Shown piece after piece: positions 23,826 through 38,330 of a stretch of 64,000 bases of DNA (positions are counted from its first letter, which is position 1; the number at the start of each line of letters is the position of its first letter). Source of the stretch: Iphione sp. A-MEVVRFRX5 (taxonomy: Eukaryota); assembly GCA_976226885.1 (NCBI GenBank), contig OZ320315.1:51584001-51648000 (forward strand), written 5' to 3'. The notes below the pieces were generated by a model. The model was not told the origin of the DNA. It made no database searches and saw only the letters and a list, made by a program, of their open reading frames with translations. A program made the translations under genes and the position numbers.

Positions 23826-24041
23826 CCGACGATTGGGCGTTCTCCTGGGAGCAGCCCTCCTGAGAGCCGCCCATCTCCATGGCGAGCAGCGTCTGTTTGG
23901 GATCCTCCGGATCAATCCGGATCACCGGGAGTCTGTCCTCGTATCCGGAGACAACGCACACTATCTTCACGATGACCATGATAACGACGATAGACATGAC
24001 AATCAGGGCTGCAATGCCGCCCGCCGGGAAGGCTATCACCT
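23826..24041 (-). CDS. Internal exon encoding a transmembrane helix
   Basis: ccttccag acceptor, G|GTAGGT donor, phase 1-1; VIAFPAGGIAALIVMSIVVIMVIVKIVCVVSGYEDRLPVIRIDPEDPKQ. Confidence 0.75.
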
Positions 24042-25973
24042 CTGGAAGGCAATGGCTAGATTTGAAAAGTCTCCCCGAGGGTGGAAAACCACTTGGAAGA
24101 ACCAATTGACCTAAAAGAAAATCTGCGATAGCGACATTGTTATTATACAGCACTAGCTCCAAGTCATTAAATCGCAATAGGCTCGCCCGAGGGCTCTTAC
24201 CATATCTGCCTATGAGCTCCAGAGAGAAGAAATAACCAAAACGTGTATGACCCCGAAAATGGTAGAAAGATATACAAGTGCCTGAACTGTAGATGGTACG
24301 TGGAGTGAGGTTTGAACAGTTGTAGCGTGCCTGTTATCAACAGAGAAGACGTTAGAATCATTTGTAAATATAAGTACTACTTAATACAGTATAAACATTT
24401 AGGTGGAAATATATTTCTCTTTAATAAGTGTTCATCTTTAATCCATCTAATCCCGAGCATCAACTCTGCCTTTCCCTAGATGCCCATACACTGTACATGC
24501 CTCATATATATGTGTGTACAAATATTAATAGGAGAATAGTATAACAGGGTTTTTATATATTCGGTTGGATGAACTCAGTATAGGAAGCGTAGCAGAATCA
24601 GCCGAAAGGGCGAGTTCTGTGCAGTTTCCCACACTAAGAGAGCATTCTGTTTATTATATGAACAGGCCAATGTCTGTGGAATGGGTTTAAATACGCTTCG
24701 CTTACCCTTGGTCAGGCTGTCATTTTGGAAAGTACTTAATCTATGGACTTGATATTTGTTTATGTGACCCTTTGAGTCTATGAGTGTGCATGCCGAATAA
24801 ACCGGAAGTTAAAAGAGTAACATGGCAGCAGTGTACATTCGAAGTAGAACAATCAAAACATCTTCAAAGATCACATTTCTGTAAAATTATTGGTCAGAAA
24901 CACATTCAACTACGTATTTTCCTAAATTGGTTGGTATATTCATAAGAGGTTCATCTAGTTCACGAACAAATCTGCTATAGTGCAACAGTCAGGGGTCTGT
25001 ACACTCCTAGGTGGGCCATGCAGGGGTGTGTAAGGACTATTATGTCCGGTTAGAATTTTCCCTTTGTATTGGCATACCATATGAAAAACATGTATACATA
25101 GTCGATTTTTATTTGAACTTGGCAATTAACAGCTTTGTTTGGATGAGCGAAAATATTGTAAGTGAAATGATTGAATGCATTCAGGAAATATATGAGGAAA
25201 ATCATATAGTTAATGCTAAAATAATGCTGGCCGACTATATATATATCGACATTTATTATATGGCTATGCTGATATGAAGGGAAACTATTGTATGAGCATG
25301 ACGATTACATACATACCCTTGTACTGCACACTTTGCATGTACGACAGTGCACGGACCTCCTACTGTCATGCCTGTAGTGGACTTTTTCATGGAACTAGGC
25401 GAAATTATTATAACTTCATTAACCTTTGACAGGAATACGTAGTTATAAGCATTTCTGTGTGATAATGTAGATAAAATAATCACTTTGGTAGGAGTCTTGA
25501 TCGTTCTTCCCCCAAAATATGCTTTCTCCATGTTTAGTTTTATCAACTTCCAGTTGAGTACCCATGCACACTCACAAATTCAAAGGGTCATGTGATCAAA
25601 TAATAAGTCTGTACACAGAGTTTACAGTATACAAGATGGTGGCCAGTGAGAGGAAAGACAAATCGAATTTCGTATGAAAAATAATGTAGGAAGTCATTCT
25701 AGAGAAAATGGCATGGGTAAAGGAAACTACACTGACCTCGCCCGATGGGCTCCACTTTCCATACCTCCTCGTCCGGCCGGTTATATCTACACACTATCTA
25801 CGTATTCCCTTAGTAGATGCCTATATAGACACTGTTTGAACAATGCGACTGTAACTGTGTCTTTCTGTGGTCACGATATATACAAGACGAGCTGGCAAAT
25901 TGTAACATACCGGGCAGTTTATTTTTTCCTAGAATATATAGATTATGATTGATAAAGAGGGACGGCTGCCTAC

Positions 25974-26233
25974 CAGCATATTCGTCCTATCGCCTAGGCA
26001 CGTGTCGTAGACGGCGAGGAAGGGGTCCTTATAAGCCTGATCGCACCACCACTCTACCAGGTTAACGGCCACCAGCCGGTCGCCGAGGTTGACGTTAATG
26101 GTACACTCGGCTGGTCGCCGGGCCCAAGGAGCCCGTCCATGCCAACTGTCTGAGTTGATTATGTACATGTCGCCCTCCTCCAGGTCGTCGTTCCGCACAA
26201 ACACCTCACAACTGGACTCGTCGTCCATGTACA
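25974..26233 (-). CDS. Internal exon, extracellular CUB-like segment
   Basis: ttacag acceptor, GTAGGC donor, phase 1-0; YMDDESSCEVFV..IINSDSW..ECTINVNLGDRLVAVNLVEWWC..FLAVYD..NML. Coding-like C/G third positions. The CUB call is pattern-based only. Confidence 0.6.
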
Positions 26234-29200
26234 CTGTAATGACCAGATGAGGGGACCAAGGTTTCGATTTCCTGTGCTCCTAAAACAGCTTTATTTATAA
26301 ATTCCAAACGAAAACATGCACAGCATTGATCAACTCTGGACATCAGTGACGCCAGTACAACCATGCCTCATCATCATTTAGTCAAGTAAGATAATTCATG
26401 GCAAGACAACCTAGTAATATATGTGCACATGTATAGTAAACCCTCTCATGAAACCAAGCTTAGACTGACCAATTTGGGTCTCTCCTTCAAATTGGTCTCA
26501 TCTGGCAGTTCAGTTTGGTGTCGTATTTGGGTTTGTCTTAAGATAAAGGGGGTTTCTACTCCGCTTGATTATAGGTCTCAAACAAACAAACGCCATTATT
26601 AGCTCGTGATTTAGCAGCAGGTATCATGTACCCAATATCGTGCGGAGTTTGGACCGAATTTGCGAAAAATGTATTTTATTACCTGATCCTTGCCCACGTT
26701 GTGTATTTACAGTAATATTTTACAGTGTTTGAAAGATAAAACATTGCGTATCGGAGGTACCTTAATGTACGTGTACGTGTATTACATTAGCGCCAGCCAA
26801 AATCTCTACAAAGTCGAGGACCAAGTTACAAGTGTATAATATCTTTACCACATCTAGTGCTGCAGGTCTTTAAAACGAAAAAATCTGTTCTCCATGCAGG
26901 GGACCAGTTCCTTCCGCTGTCGATGGTACAATACGATGCCAAGAGAATTATTTAGTCGGATCTCCCATGCCAGAATCGATGCTAGGACTTAAATCAATAG
27001 GTACCCTTTGATGTCTCAAAAGGAAAACGGCCCATGAAAAACCTGTTGAATGTCCGTGGCTGATGTGGACTGAAAGGCACTGCCACGATGTTGGTAGGAC
27101 ACCAAGAATTGCCTGCAAAGAGGCTCTCTGAGTCTGGTATGGCTCAGCCAACTGGAGCACCCTCTAGACTTCTAGAGGAGGGGAGGCAAATGGTCACTGG
27201 ACACGATCGGTCCATTCTCGTTAACTACTGTCATGTAAAATCTATTCTATATAGTTTTTTGCCCTATTATCGTCGGTTCTATCGAATCGTGCGTTTCTTC
27301 GCCAAGCCCATTTCCATAGCGTTCGCCGAGCGCTCTCAACAAATGGCGGCCGGAACATGATTTGCATGTCATAGCGATGGATGAGATTGCTTATGGAATT
27401 ACGGCTTCAAGTAGTGCAGGATAGATTCGGTGATTATGGGAGAATGGGTCAGGGTTTATCCGGCGAAGATCTACGAGGGAAGTGAATGTCATGCCATGAA
27501 TGTTTAAGGTGGCCAGATTATGGTGTTTTCACCGTCGTACCGTCGACCAGTACATGGTAATGCTTACATTGATTGTACTTAATGGATTGGAGACGTTATC
27601 CGGATTTATGGCGTAGCATAGACATATTTTTACGGACTACTCGTTTGATCGTGTTATCTGGCTTCATGCGGTAGGTATACGGTAAAAGGGAGATGTTGAG
27701 CAGCAATGAATGTTCATAATCGAGACGATCTATGGGCCCAGACTGAGCTATTATGCACGGCGCCTTGTGTTTTTCCATCCATTGCATCACATTTTATCAT
27801 GAAGCGTGATATAAAAACAGGATTTCCCTTTACACCGTTTGCAATATTAAAAAAACCGGCTGTTTTCCCAGCGTTCATATTACTAGACCAGTATCTTTGC
27901 TATGCACACCGTGTGTACATAAATCAATATGAATGATACTACCACAAACAGACGTAGAGTAGTTTACCAAAAAGGCACCTAAAACGCGGGCTGAAGCAAT
28001 TGTGTTGGGACATTGGCATTCCGGATGTGGTCATACTCGTATTTTAACCACCTATTTCTGTCATCAATTAATCAATGTTACCACGGGCAGAAGCTGTTAT
28101 CATAATAGAGTGAGGAGAATCTATTTTGCGTAGGACTTCTTGCAGAACAAAGTTTTATGTTCTACACTGACCCCGGGTACGCATTGAAGGAATAGACATC
28201 AGATGATTTGCTTCATTTCTAGAATCATCAGACATCTCGTCGTAAATGTACATGCATAATTTTACCCAAATCCTCAAAATCTGAGTCACTTGTAAAGTTC
28301 ATATATAATCAGCTGTGAACGAAACTACATGTATTGCCAATGTGATAATGTAGTTTTGAAACGAACACAAAATATTGCCCCTGAAAAGTAGATCTTTTTA
28401 CCTAATACGGACCAATTATGCAGAATAAAAATGATTCATGTTCTATTAGCGACTCCGTAGGACAAATAGACAAAACAATCACGCAGCTGCAAGGCAACTA
28501 ATAGAGGACATGACTGGATGGTCCACCAGTTGTCACAGCTGAATGTAAGAATATACGTGAAGAGAAAACATGGGGACAAAGAGTGTAATTGTCGGGTTGT
28601 CAATATTTGGGGATAATACCATGCAGGAACCTAATGTTACATGGCCACGTGTTATCCTCCACACTCTCTTTTTCCTTATTTCTATTACTCATTTTCTCCA
28701 TTTCCATTCATTGTTATCCAATCTCTGCATATTTATCGGATTCCCTAACTACTATCCAATTTTAGTTTCATCTTGAACATAATTTACTCCCGGACCGCTA
28801 CGAGGGGTTGCGCCCTATCGGAGGTGCCTCGTTATAGCAATGAGTGAGTATATCAGAAGGAGCAACTCGACGTGCTCCTCGCCAGAGTAGGAGTCCCTGC
28901 CACTGCACCGGCCGCTTAACTTGGGTGGCAGTGATTGATGATCAACGATTTACAAAGGCCTACGAATCATCACACTCTACAGCTTCATTGGCGCTCATTG
29001 ACTGGAGAGATATTGAAACGTGATTTAATTTTGGGGCCAAAACGCTGGCACACAGAAATCAATATTCCATACAGATAACACATGACTCAAATCGGATTTT
29101 CGATCAATACGTAATATCTCTTCACGGCCGGGAAGGACGTGAGAAGAATTTAACTTCCTCTCAGCATCAACAGGGGCCGAGTACATAGCATGGCAAATCC

Positions 29201-30264
29201 CTGTAGCCAGAGTGCCGGTGTAGCAGCAGGCCAACATTGAACAACATGGAGCCAATAATGGAGGCAGGGATTCAACAACATGATGTTTCACCGAGCGACG
29301 ATTATGTCACTCCACAGTAGGCCTAAAAAGGTATCTGTGTTTCCGGTTACATATTGCAAAAATACGTGTAGGGTGGGTAAGAAAGTGTTTTTTGTTTGCA
29401 ATGTTAGTTCATATTGAAAGCAATAAATATATATGGCAATATCCCTTTTACTGCTTAGATTATAAAGAGACCGATGTCATATGAAAGCCAGTGTTCTAAG
29501 CAACACAATGACGTATTATATATGTCTATATATTTATTTACTCTGAAGATATTTACAAAGCAAGAAAAAGTAGAAAGTTCTTTTTAGACTGAAATACGGG
29601 TCGGTCGGGTTACAGAAAACACATCTAATGTCTAATTTCACATCTAATTTTTAGTAGGCCTTAGGGGTCCTCTACATGTATATAAATAAAAAGATACCGC
29701 TGCGAACGTTTTAACATTTCGTATAAAAATAAACAGTTCCATGTTCCAGGTAATTTTGATAGATGTCATGATACTCTCAGTGCCTTGAAGCTTTCAACTC
29801 ACAAAAGGTATCATTCTGTCTTTGAGGAATACATGCTTTCTCTTCGAGCGAATACCTTCAACGTGTGCTCTTGAAAGAATAATCTCCGCCGTGGTGATTG
29901 CTAGGCTATGAAGTCTAGAAATGTTGCTTGTCGCAAATTCGACCTAGTCCTATTTCCTACTGAGATATCGTCAATACAAAAAAGTCATCCTTCATCAGAG
30001 GACGCCTTCTCGCTTCTGGCATGTTATACTTTTTGCCACCCACATTCCCCACTTACTGGTGTTGCTCTCTCAACGTTATTGGCAATAAAGTTCTATTATC
30101 GGCGCCGTTCTGCACTATAAAAACAGTCTTTGATCACTTGACCACTCATTGTCCGCTTTGCAATCGACCTGAAAATATTGCATGACCAAAACAGTACAGT
30201 AACTAGAAATAAGAGTTACGTAGCATCAATGCAACGGATTCGTCGAAGAGGTACATGTACTTAC

Positions 30265-30493
30265 ATGTCTTCCAAACGCGAGTGTTTGCCGTTAGTTTCA
30301 CTGACACTAAAAGCGTTAAGACAGTTGTCAAAATGTTGGGCCCGCAGGCTGTGAAGACGGACATGATTAATCAGGCTCTTGGCTTTTTTGAAGGTACCAC
30401 TTTCTTGGCATTTGAAATCGTTCCAGACAGCTAGACCAATCCTCTTCTTCGTCCGATTCAACGATGATACCGCATGCTGTAGATCTGGCAGAG
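30265..30493 (-). CDS. Candidate upstream exon of the same gene
   Basis: ctttctcattcag acceptor, AT|GTAAGT donor; only the phase 1-2 frame is open: LPDLQHAVSSLNRTKKRIGLAVWNDFKC...NCLNAFSVSETNGKHSRLED. Confidence 0.5.
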
Positions 30494-33400
30494 CTGAATG
30501 AGAAAGTATAGATTGTGTAGGTGATGTATTGTTGACGCAAATTGTATGTGGATGGCATGGTTAAAAAGAATGTTCAACGTTAACCCTCTCGGTAGGTAGA
30601 AGGATTTGAAAAACGGAACTAGTAAGACAGCTAGCAAAAAACCTTTCTTGTTATCTTCCCGTTTTTCCTACAATGTAGTTGCTTTTCAGAATGGTGCCCT
30701 ATAAAAAGTCTAGCATATTACTATGAGTGTGTTGTCAAATCGATAAGCTAAGAAAATAGAGCTTAAAACATTGGCATGAAAAAATCTTGATGCAGTTTAC
30801 CGTAGCTCTCATTAGAAATTGATAATTACTACTGTGTACATTCCATTAGCATTAAGATTTTACACTAAGACAGACATAACGGTTATCTCTCATAGTTTGA
30901 AATATTTAATCTATAACGTCCAGACTGACACAATTAGCTGTTGAATCCGAAAGTGCTCCGCTGGAGGTTTCTATTTCGTTGCTGATTATCCGCATTGCAT
31001 GCAACTTATTTATTATTTGTATGACGTTCAAATCCATCCACTGTTGTGTTATCAGAAAACCGCATTATAGGCTGTCGTCCAGTTTTTGGTTCGTAGCTGC
31101 TACCAACCCCCGAAATCGGCTCCAAGCGGAAATACCACAGGTTGATCATCATTTCTAGAGGCTGGAATCTGCACGAGAGGAGTTGGTCCATCTCAGCAGT
31201 CTGTCTCATTCTTATCTCGCGGATGGGTAAATAACCAAGCCATGGGTGGACTAGGATAGCTTTGGATTTTCTCTGTCCATGCTGTGATAGCTTGGTTGAG
31301 TGTTGCGTGTGGAAAGGCGCACGCTTGGGTAGCTATTGCGTCAAACATTCTAAATACAGAGGTTCATATTCGCGCAAATCAAGTACCATATATTCCTCTA
31401 ATGTCATTTATAAATATACAGGTCTAAGTGTGTGTTTCGTTTTTTTTATCTCCTTCATACGTCGGATTAATTTTGTCAGTTTTGTATTCAAGAGAGTGTG
31501 TGCCTTTAATAGAAATTAGTATGATTCCTTTTTCTGCAATCAACTTTATATTCAAAGAGATTTCAAACTAGGTGCATGTTTAATTAACAAAAAAATGAGT
31601 TTTTTGATGTGTCGATTTCTCAAAGATTTTGGTGAGTGACTATGCTCCATGTCAGACAGTCGCTCTGTCGAGATTCCACATCGACCGCAATTCCGTTGCT
31701 TTATTGGTGACTCAAAAGTTTCTGTTCATAGACCATTTCACCAAACAAAACACGGAATACATGGGCCCAGATTCAAGGGATTTGCGCCACGTGCTCCCTT
31801 ACACCTTCCTGAAAAAAACACGTCAGCAGTCTAGTACATGGAAAGCATATTATATTCAGGTAAGTGTGCATATAGATGTAAACTAATTGTTCGCATTACA
31901 GATTTTTTGTCGTCAATTACGAAGTAGCAGTATATAAAGTACCGAAATAATTATTCGGTACCAAAGTGTGATAACCTCATTAGAGTGTCATTTCCTCACC
32001 GCCGTGGGGAGTTATACTGTCCATAACGGAGATGTATAGTCGTGACGTTATCGAGCTTGACAGCCGGGCTTGTCATCAAAAACTCGCAGACCCCCGTCTG
32101 CTGGTAAGACTCGCTCTAAGTGGACAATTTCGTGGGGTGCATTCAGCATGGGATTGCCAGGGCCACGCCGATAGGGGGCACATGCTGATGGTTATGTGGC
32201 TCCTCACATTGCAAGGGCGCGGTCCTGAAGCTGCCACCAACGTATAAAGCCAACTTAACCCTTCCCAAGTAGTTTTCTCTTCCATCTACTTCCCCAGTCG
32301 CTTTTAGCTTCAGGTTTGTGACCATTTCTCATAAGGGCAGACTAACTGAGAAGACACCCTACTGACGGTTGGAAAGTCTTTGAAACATTTCTGTAGAACG
32401 TTAAATCAACTGCCTACCACATGAAGTCAGGGATGTTGCTTGTTGATGTATTGTGGGGGGGGGGTCCTGCAACTTCCTTTGCTCTCGTACTTTTTAACGG
32501 GGTGGCTCATTAAGACTAAATATACATGTATTAGGACGGCCTTAAGCCTCCATAACCATATGTATTATTTAACACTCAAAACGTTCTAGGCTACCTGTAA
32601 TTTACTATATTTAACAGGCTGCTGAAGGTGGTTAACGGTTGGTGACCACGTGACAAGGAACCTATGACCCCGGCGCTGCTAGAGGGCATGCCTACTTCGC
32701 GGAAATTCGCAACGGACGTGACAAGCGGCGCAAGAAAAGGCGAAAAGTAATGTCGCGGCCGATGGTCGCTGCGTCAGCGCAAATGGACGTCGGGTTCATA
32801 GTTCAAGCGAATGCGATCAATTATTGCGCGTGCCCAGAAGTAAAGGGAGGCACCGATTGAACATGTGAGGACGAATAAAGGGGGCCGGGGTGTGCGTATA
32901 TTGCGGGGAGGAGGAGGGAATCGCCTGGAACCTCGTCACCGCCCCCTATGGTCCATCAAGAAATCTAGAAAAAAATGGTAGATCTTAGGACTTGCTGTAA
33001 GTTTTCCATGCGACTTAATTGGGAAAAATGCAGTCATACAATTCATTAATGGTCTTGCATTGTTGCCTATTCTGTCGGCATTCATGCTCTTTTCCTATTT
33101 TAATTTGATGTTAATTATCATGAAAATCAGCAAGACCGCCTCTGATACATGGTTAGTTGACTTACCCCTTGATAGTACGACCATGTCAGTGGTTGCAGGT
33201 CAGCAAAGTGCTTTGTTTTATTTCTGACGGGTCCTGTACGCAAATATGTATAGGTCTAGTGTCTAAGGCTCATGGATGATACTGGATGGCAATGAAGTGG
33301 GCTTACTAAGATCCTGATATAATAACACTCTAGTATACGGTTAAGATGGTGCCCACAATAATATGAACAATAATATGAATTATATGAAGTTTATAAAGTC

Positions 33401-35429
33401 TACCATAAAACAATTTCTAGTCCTGTGGAAACAAGTTGATCGAATCCATCGGTGGTCCCCGCTGCCATGAGATCTAATGTTGTCTAGAAAGGTCTTTAGC
33501 TTAAGTTGTGTTTTCTAGGTTTCTGTACTATTAGTTAGGCCATATCTCACTGAACTTAATGCAACATTTTTTTTGTCAACTCTCAACTTCACAATTACCC
33601 TATACCATGAATCCCTAGTGCATAATATTTTCGTGTAAATGTTAGAGCCGCACATTTCTTCGCTCTGTAGTTGATGGCACCGTAAGATTGATAAAAAGAT
33701 ATATTTATGCATATCTTATTTTTGAAGATTTCATATACAAAATCAATCTTGTATACACTACAAAATTGTAGATTTCTCGGTTCATGAGGTTTAGAGACCA
33801 CAATATCCGGACAGAGGGATGACGCAAGTAAAAGGTGTGGTGCTGCCATTGCTAGTGCGCCCCTCCCCCCCACCGTCTGCTTAGATTAAGCAATATCGTT
33901 CGATTTGAGAACAGTGATTGCACTTCACTGACTTGAATACGCATGAAGATATGCTTGTAAATATAATGGATTAAAATTTGGCATGAACGCATCAAACCTA
34001 TCCTAATAACACATGCACAATTTGACTTGCTGAGGTGGCTTCCAGACAACTTCGAACACGAATTCAACATGCTTGAATAACTAAGTATGATAACACCGTG
34101 ATTCTTTGAGTTGTTTTGCCGGTATACAAATCAAGAGTTTTCGAGTTTTGTCGAGGATTTACCGTTTTCGCGTCTACGTTTTATCTGCGTTCATTCAAAC
34201 GCTTAGTAAGAGTGAAACAACATTCGTCAGCGGCTATTTCGAGGAATAAAGAAAAGGTGGTACATTGGAAGGCACGTTCCCCAAACTCTAATATGCGGTG
34301 TCAGCCGGACCGGAGACTATTTGACCTATGAACATTCAGGCTCCCCGGAACGTCTCCGGGAGGCGTCTTGTCTCGTCGACGTCACGTTTAAGCCACATGG
34401 CACGAAATTTGTCACGTGTCAGTTCCAATAACACACTTCGCTCTTCCCTTATAGATGACCAAAAGGTGCGGGGAAGCGAGTTTATACAAGCTATGAATAT
34501 TTTATTATACTCTGCACCAGCTTTTATGGGTTTCTATCTCGACCAGACGCTTCCACCTCCGTGCGCAGGCAAATGTAGGCGCGTTTTGTGTCAATGTAAA
34601 AGACCGCGTCCCTTAAAATACTGCACTTGCGGGATTCTGTCGCTGGTTAACGAGTCTTGGATCTGACATTGTGCTTACGTCCTGTCCGCCTGTGCGAAGA
34701 CTCGGTTTGTTCTATCTGCTGAGGACTGCTATCCAGTGCATGAGCGGCAACTCGAGACTCGGACTCATGCGCACAATGACATTAACAGGGTAGAGTGATC
34801 CCTCGCTTTACGAACGGGGGCAGTTGTGGTCAAATCTGTTCAGAAATAGAGATCTTTCGAGTATGGATCACCATGCCCAAGTTCTGCGTAGGGTGGGGAA
34901 ATGTTGCATATTAGTAAAGTATTGGTGAATTTTAAAATCATAAATAATATCTAGTAGGATGAACAAAGCGGTTCAACTCAATTCTTATTCTTACGGGAGT
35001 CACTTATTAAGACCAAATGATTGCACATAAATGAAAATACATGTGAAAAATGAAAATAATTAATTTTACAAAAATCATGTAGCAAATACAGAAATACATA
35101 CGTCACATATGCATATCACAAATCGATATCATACATACATATCATATCAAATTAGTTTCTGTGGGTGGAAAAAGATCACTGATAGATTTCTGCACTAGGG
35201 TCTTTCATCCCTTAGGCTGGCCTTTCTAGTGTAGCCCCCCTTAGGGTCTCCACTGCTTCCTTATTCCTTCGTCCTCCATAAACCTTATTGCTACCTCCAT
35301 AGAGTTCTGTGTTGTTTCAGAGTGATGGTTTCTGGTTCTGGTCCAGGGTAAGGGTCAGGTTCATCTCTCATATTCTTCTCATTGTGAGGAACGTCAGAGC
35401 GTCCCACCAACTCCATGATGGAGTCAGGG

Positions 35430-36550
35430 GTTAGTTCCTTTGATGTCTCAGCTTTTCCACCACAATTTCATAGTGTTCAGCTACTACCTCCTCTCCTGGC
35501 ATCTTCTTGAGCAACTCCCTCAGTTCTGTCAAGGTTAAATCCTTCTCTGGATCCTCCTCACATTGTAGGTCAGGGAAAATCTTGGTATGGCTCCAGCAGT
35601 CCCTGGTGACAGAGGTGACTGCAGCCCAGGAATCACTTACCATGCAGATGGAGATCCTGACATTCACAGTAGTAGCCACCTCATCCTGAATGCATTGTAG
35701 AAAATGCTTCATGAACATCTTCCTGTAGTAGGACTTGAAGTTGGCATTTATTCCTGCATCCAGATGCTAGAGGTGGTTTGTTGTGTTGGGGGGGTAGGCA
35801 GTGGATGATTAGTTCTTCGGGTTTCTTGCCCTGTTATACAGAGTGTTCAGAATTTCTCTCCACATGGTTGAGGTCATCAACGCCCTTGAATTATGCTTAT
35901 AATGGAAATAGCTAGAGGGATCAAGTGTCCTTCCAAACCATTGTGGTCTAGCCACCTTCCCAATAACAAATAGACAGATTTTGTCTGACCCTGTAGTGTT
36001 ACAACAGAGAATGATTGTGAGACAATACTTCAACCTCTTCTCACCAGGACATGATGGTCTTGTGGAAAGGGTCCACCTAGGTTTCAACTTGAATAATAAT
36101 CCCACCTCATGGATATTGTACACATGCTCAGGGTAATACATGTGAAGTAACACTCGGAGCTAGGAACATCCTTTCTCAATGACTTGGTTATCAGCAGAAG
36201 CTGCCTCACTGTGGAGCTTGAAGGACTTGATTCCATGGCAAGTCTTGAATCTATGCAACCATCCCTTACTTTAGCCAAAATTCTCCATGTTCAGCTTTTC
36301 ACCAAATTCCTTTCCCTTGGCAATGAGGATATCATCAGAAAGAACTACTCCTTTCCCTCTGACATCCTGAAACCACAGGAGAAGAGGAGTGCTCGTTCTA
36401 TGTTGACCTCCTTGTCATCCCGGACTCGCATCAGTTACCTTTCCTCATCTGGGAGATTCAACCAACGCTCTGACTATTTCAAAATATTGCAGACTATTGA
36501 CTTACCATTGGAAATACTGAAATCAGGAAAATTCCTCCTTTTATAAGGCT
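35430..36550 (-). pseudogene. Degenerate Tigger/pogo transposase
   Basis: LSDDILIAKGKEFG..KGWLHRFK..HGIKSFKLHSEA; VYNIHEVGLLFK..CCNTTGSDK..VIGK; NFKSYYRKMF..DSWAAVT..CWSH. Many disablements. Confidence 0.85.
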
Positions 36551-37672
36551 AAGCCCCCTTAGATGGTTGGAGATAAAACAATCTCACCTAACCCATTGAT
36601 TCCTTACTTCAAAGATGAGGTATTAGGGGAGGCTCTCACCCATGGAAGAGGTGTCAACATAATACCATTTGAAAAATCTTCTCACCCACTAAAACATTGT
36701 TGTTGCAATACCTCTGATGTCCTCACGCCTGACCCGGGGGTCACCTATATTGATTCAGCATTTTTTTTGCACTGGACACTCTCACCCTTATTGGGTTGTT
36801 GTGAGGACTTTTGATTTTTTAAAATAATTTCCTTTATCCTGAAGATTTATATATTGAAGTATTTATACTATGAGGTTGTCGTTGGTTTGTCATCATCAGA
36901 GTCATACATTTAATTACACACTATACACAGTTGGATGTGATGGGATTATTGCTATATTCATACATTTGACTATAATGAAGTGAATTGATGTGAGTTGATG
37001 TAATTAAAGGTGGTATACAATATTGATAGATATACCATTTTTTGAAAATTAGATTTTTTTATTGCAGCGATTGTGAGGAGCGGCCAGACGACATGGAAAG
37101 GCCACCCCATCAACATTGGTAGTGCATGTGGGGTTCAGAGATTTCGGCCCCACATCCAAAAGTTGCTGTACACATAGAAAGGACCCCTATGCATGAGCAA
37201 TACAAACCCTTATCATCTAAGGTCTGCTGTGTTTATCGCATGCAGCTGTATATTTCTCTAGAATCATTTCCTTTATACTTAATTTTGTAAAAAAAAAAAA
37301 AAAAAAAGATTAAAAACAAATCAAATTGAATCCAATCAATTATGTACACATTAACAACATTGCGTTCATACCTGTTAGCACATAATGCTCTAACCTTTTG
37401 GCATCCAATCAGTCCACGATCTCTGGTATTCAGCTCGATTTTTTTAAAAAAAAACGTCATTGGCTCTCACACTGGCTATTAACACCTAGGGGTGTGCTTA
37501 GTTGATAGAAAATATGTCACATAACCAAGGCATGTTCCTACTGAGGCTTGGAAAAGTAGGCCGTCATGTCATATGTGTTTTCTGATAGGGTATTCCCTAA
37601 CACCAAATCTGCAGCAATAATTATCTTGATATTACTTCTGAAAGTATATATTGGCCTACTTCATTCTATAGA

Positions 37673-38330
37673 CTATACATTTGCACATTTTCTGGTATGG
37701 CTTGACAGACCTATTTTAGATAGGTATTGCCTGCCACACATACAACAGGTAAGTCCAGGTATCAACTTATATCTCAGATTGCTTTCCTTCTGTGAATTGT
37801 TTGAAGTTGGATTCCAATATGAGCACTCTTTTATGTAGAGATAATCTCCACTTGGTGTGATTCTTTGCCAGGTCTTGCCATGTTTAGGGATTTAAGTTGA
37901 AAGCCCTAAGGTAGCTCTTTGCAATGTCTTTGGAGCGATGCTTCAACCAGCCTATGTGTCTAGCTCCTGAGGCTATTTCTCTGTACAGGATGATCTTCAG
38001 TATTCTCTGGTCAATCCTCCACCATCCCCTGGAAATCCCCACCTCTAACAGCTTACTGGTTTCCTGCCACAGTTATGGTCCAAGACAGAAGTATACTACA
38101 AAGAAGTAACTTTGACTAAAAGGTCTCAGTGTTTCCCATGCAATGATCTTTTTGAAAATTTGCAGTGTAGTAGATAAAACCTTGCTCTTTCCCATTAAGT
38201 TTCTTTCTGAACCAAGTTTCTATCATGTTTATTTCCATTTTGGAAATATTTCAAAGATCTAATGCATAAGCATTCAGTGAGAATGTTATACAACAGAAAG
38301 GGTCATATACCATGAGAAAGCCTGATGTTT
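37673..38330 (-). mobile_element. RTE-clade LINE 3' fragment
   Basis: KIILYREIASGARHIG..RSKD..TWQDLAKNHTKWR.. then CCMCGRQYLSKIGLSSHTRKC*, the typical RTE ORF2 C-terminus. Confidence 0.8.

Noticed and set aside
28781-28837. MAPK-like PDRYEGLRPIGGA peptide
   Set aside because: A stop follows immediately and no other kinase motifs lie nearby; likely chance.
30370-30425. C2H2 finger in FKCQESGTFKKAKSLINHVRLH
   Set aside because: The second Cys is absent and the segment is isolated; better treated as part of an ordinary exon.
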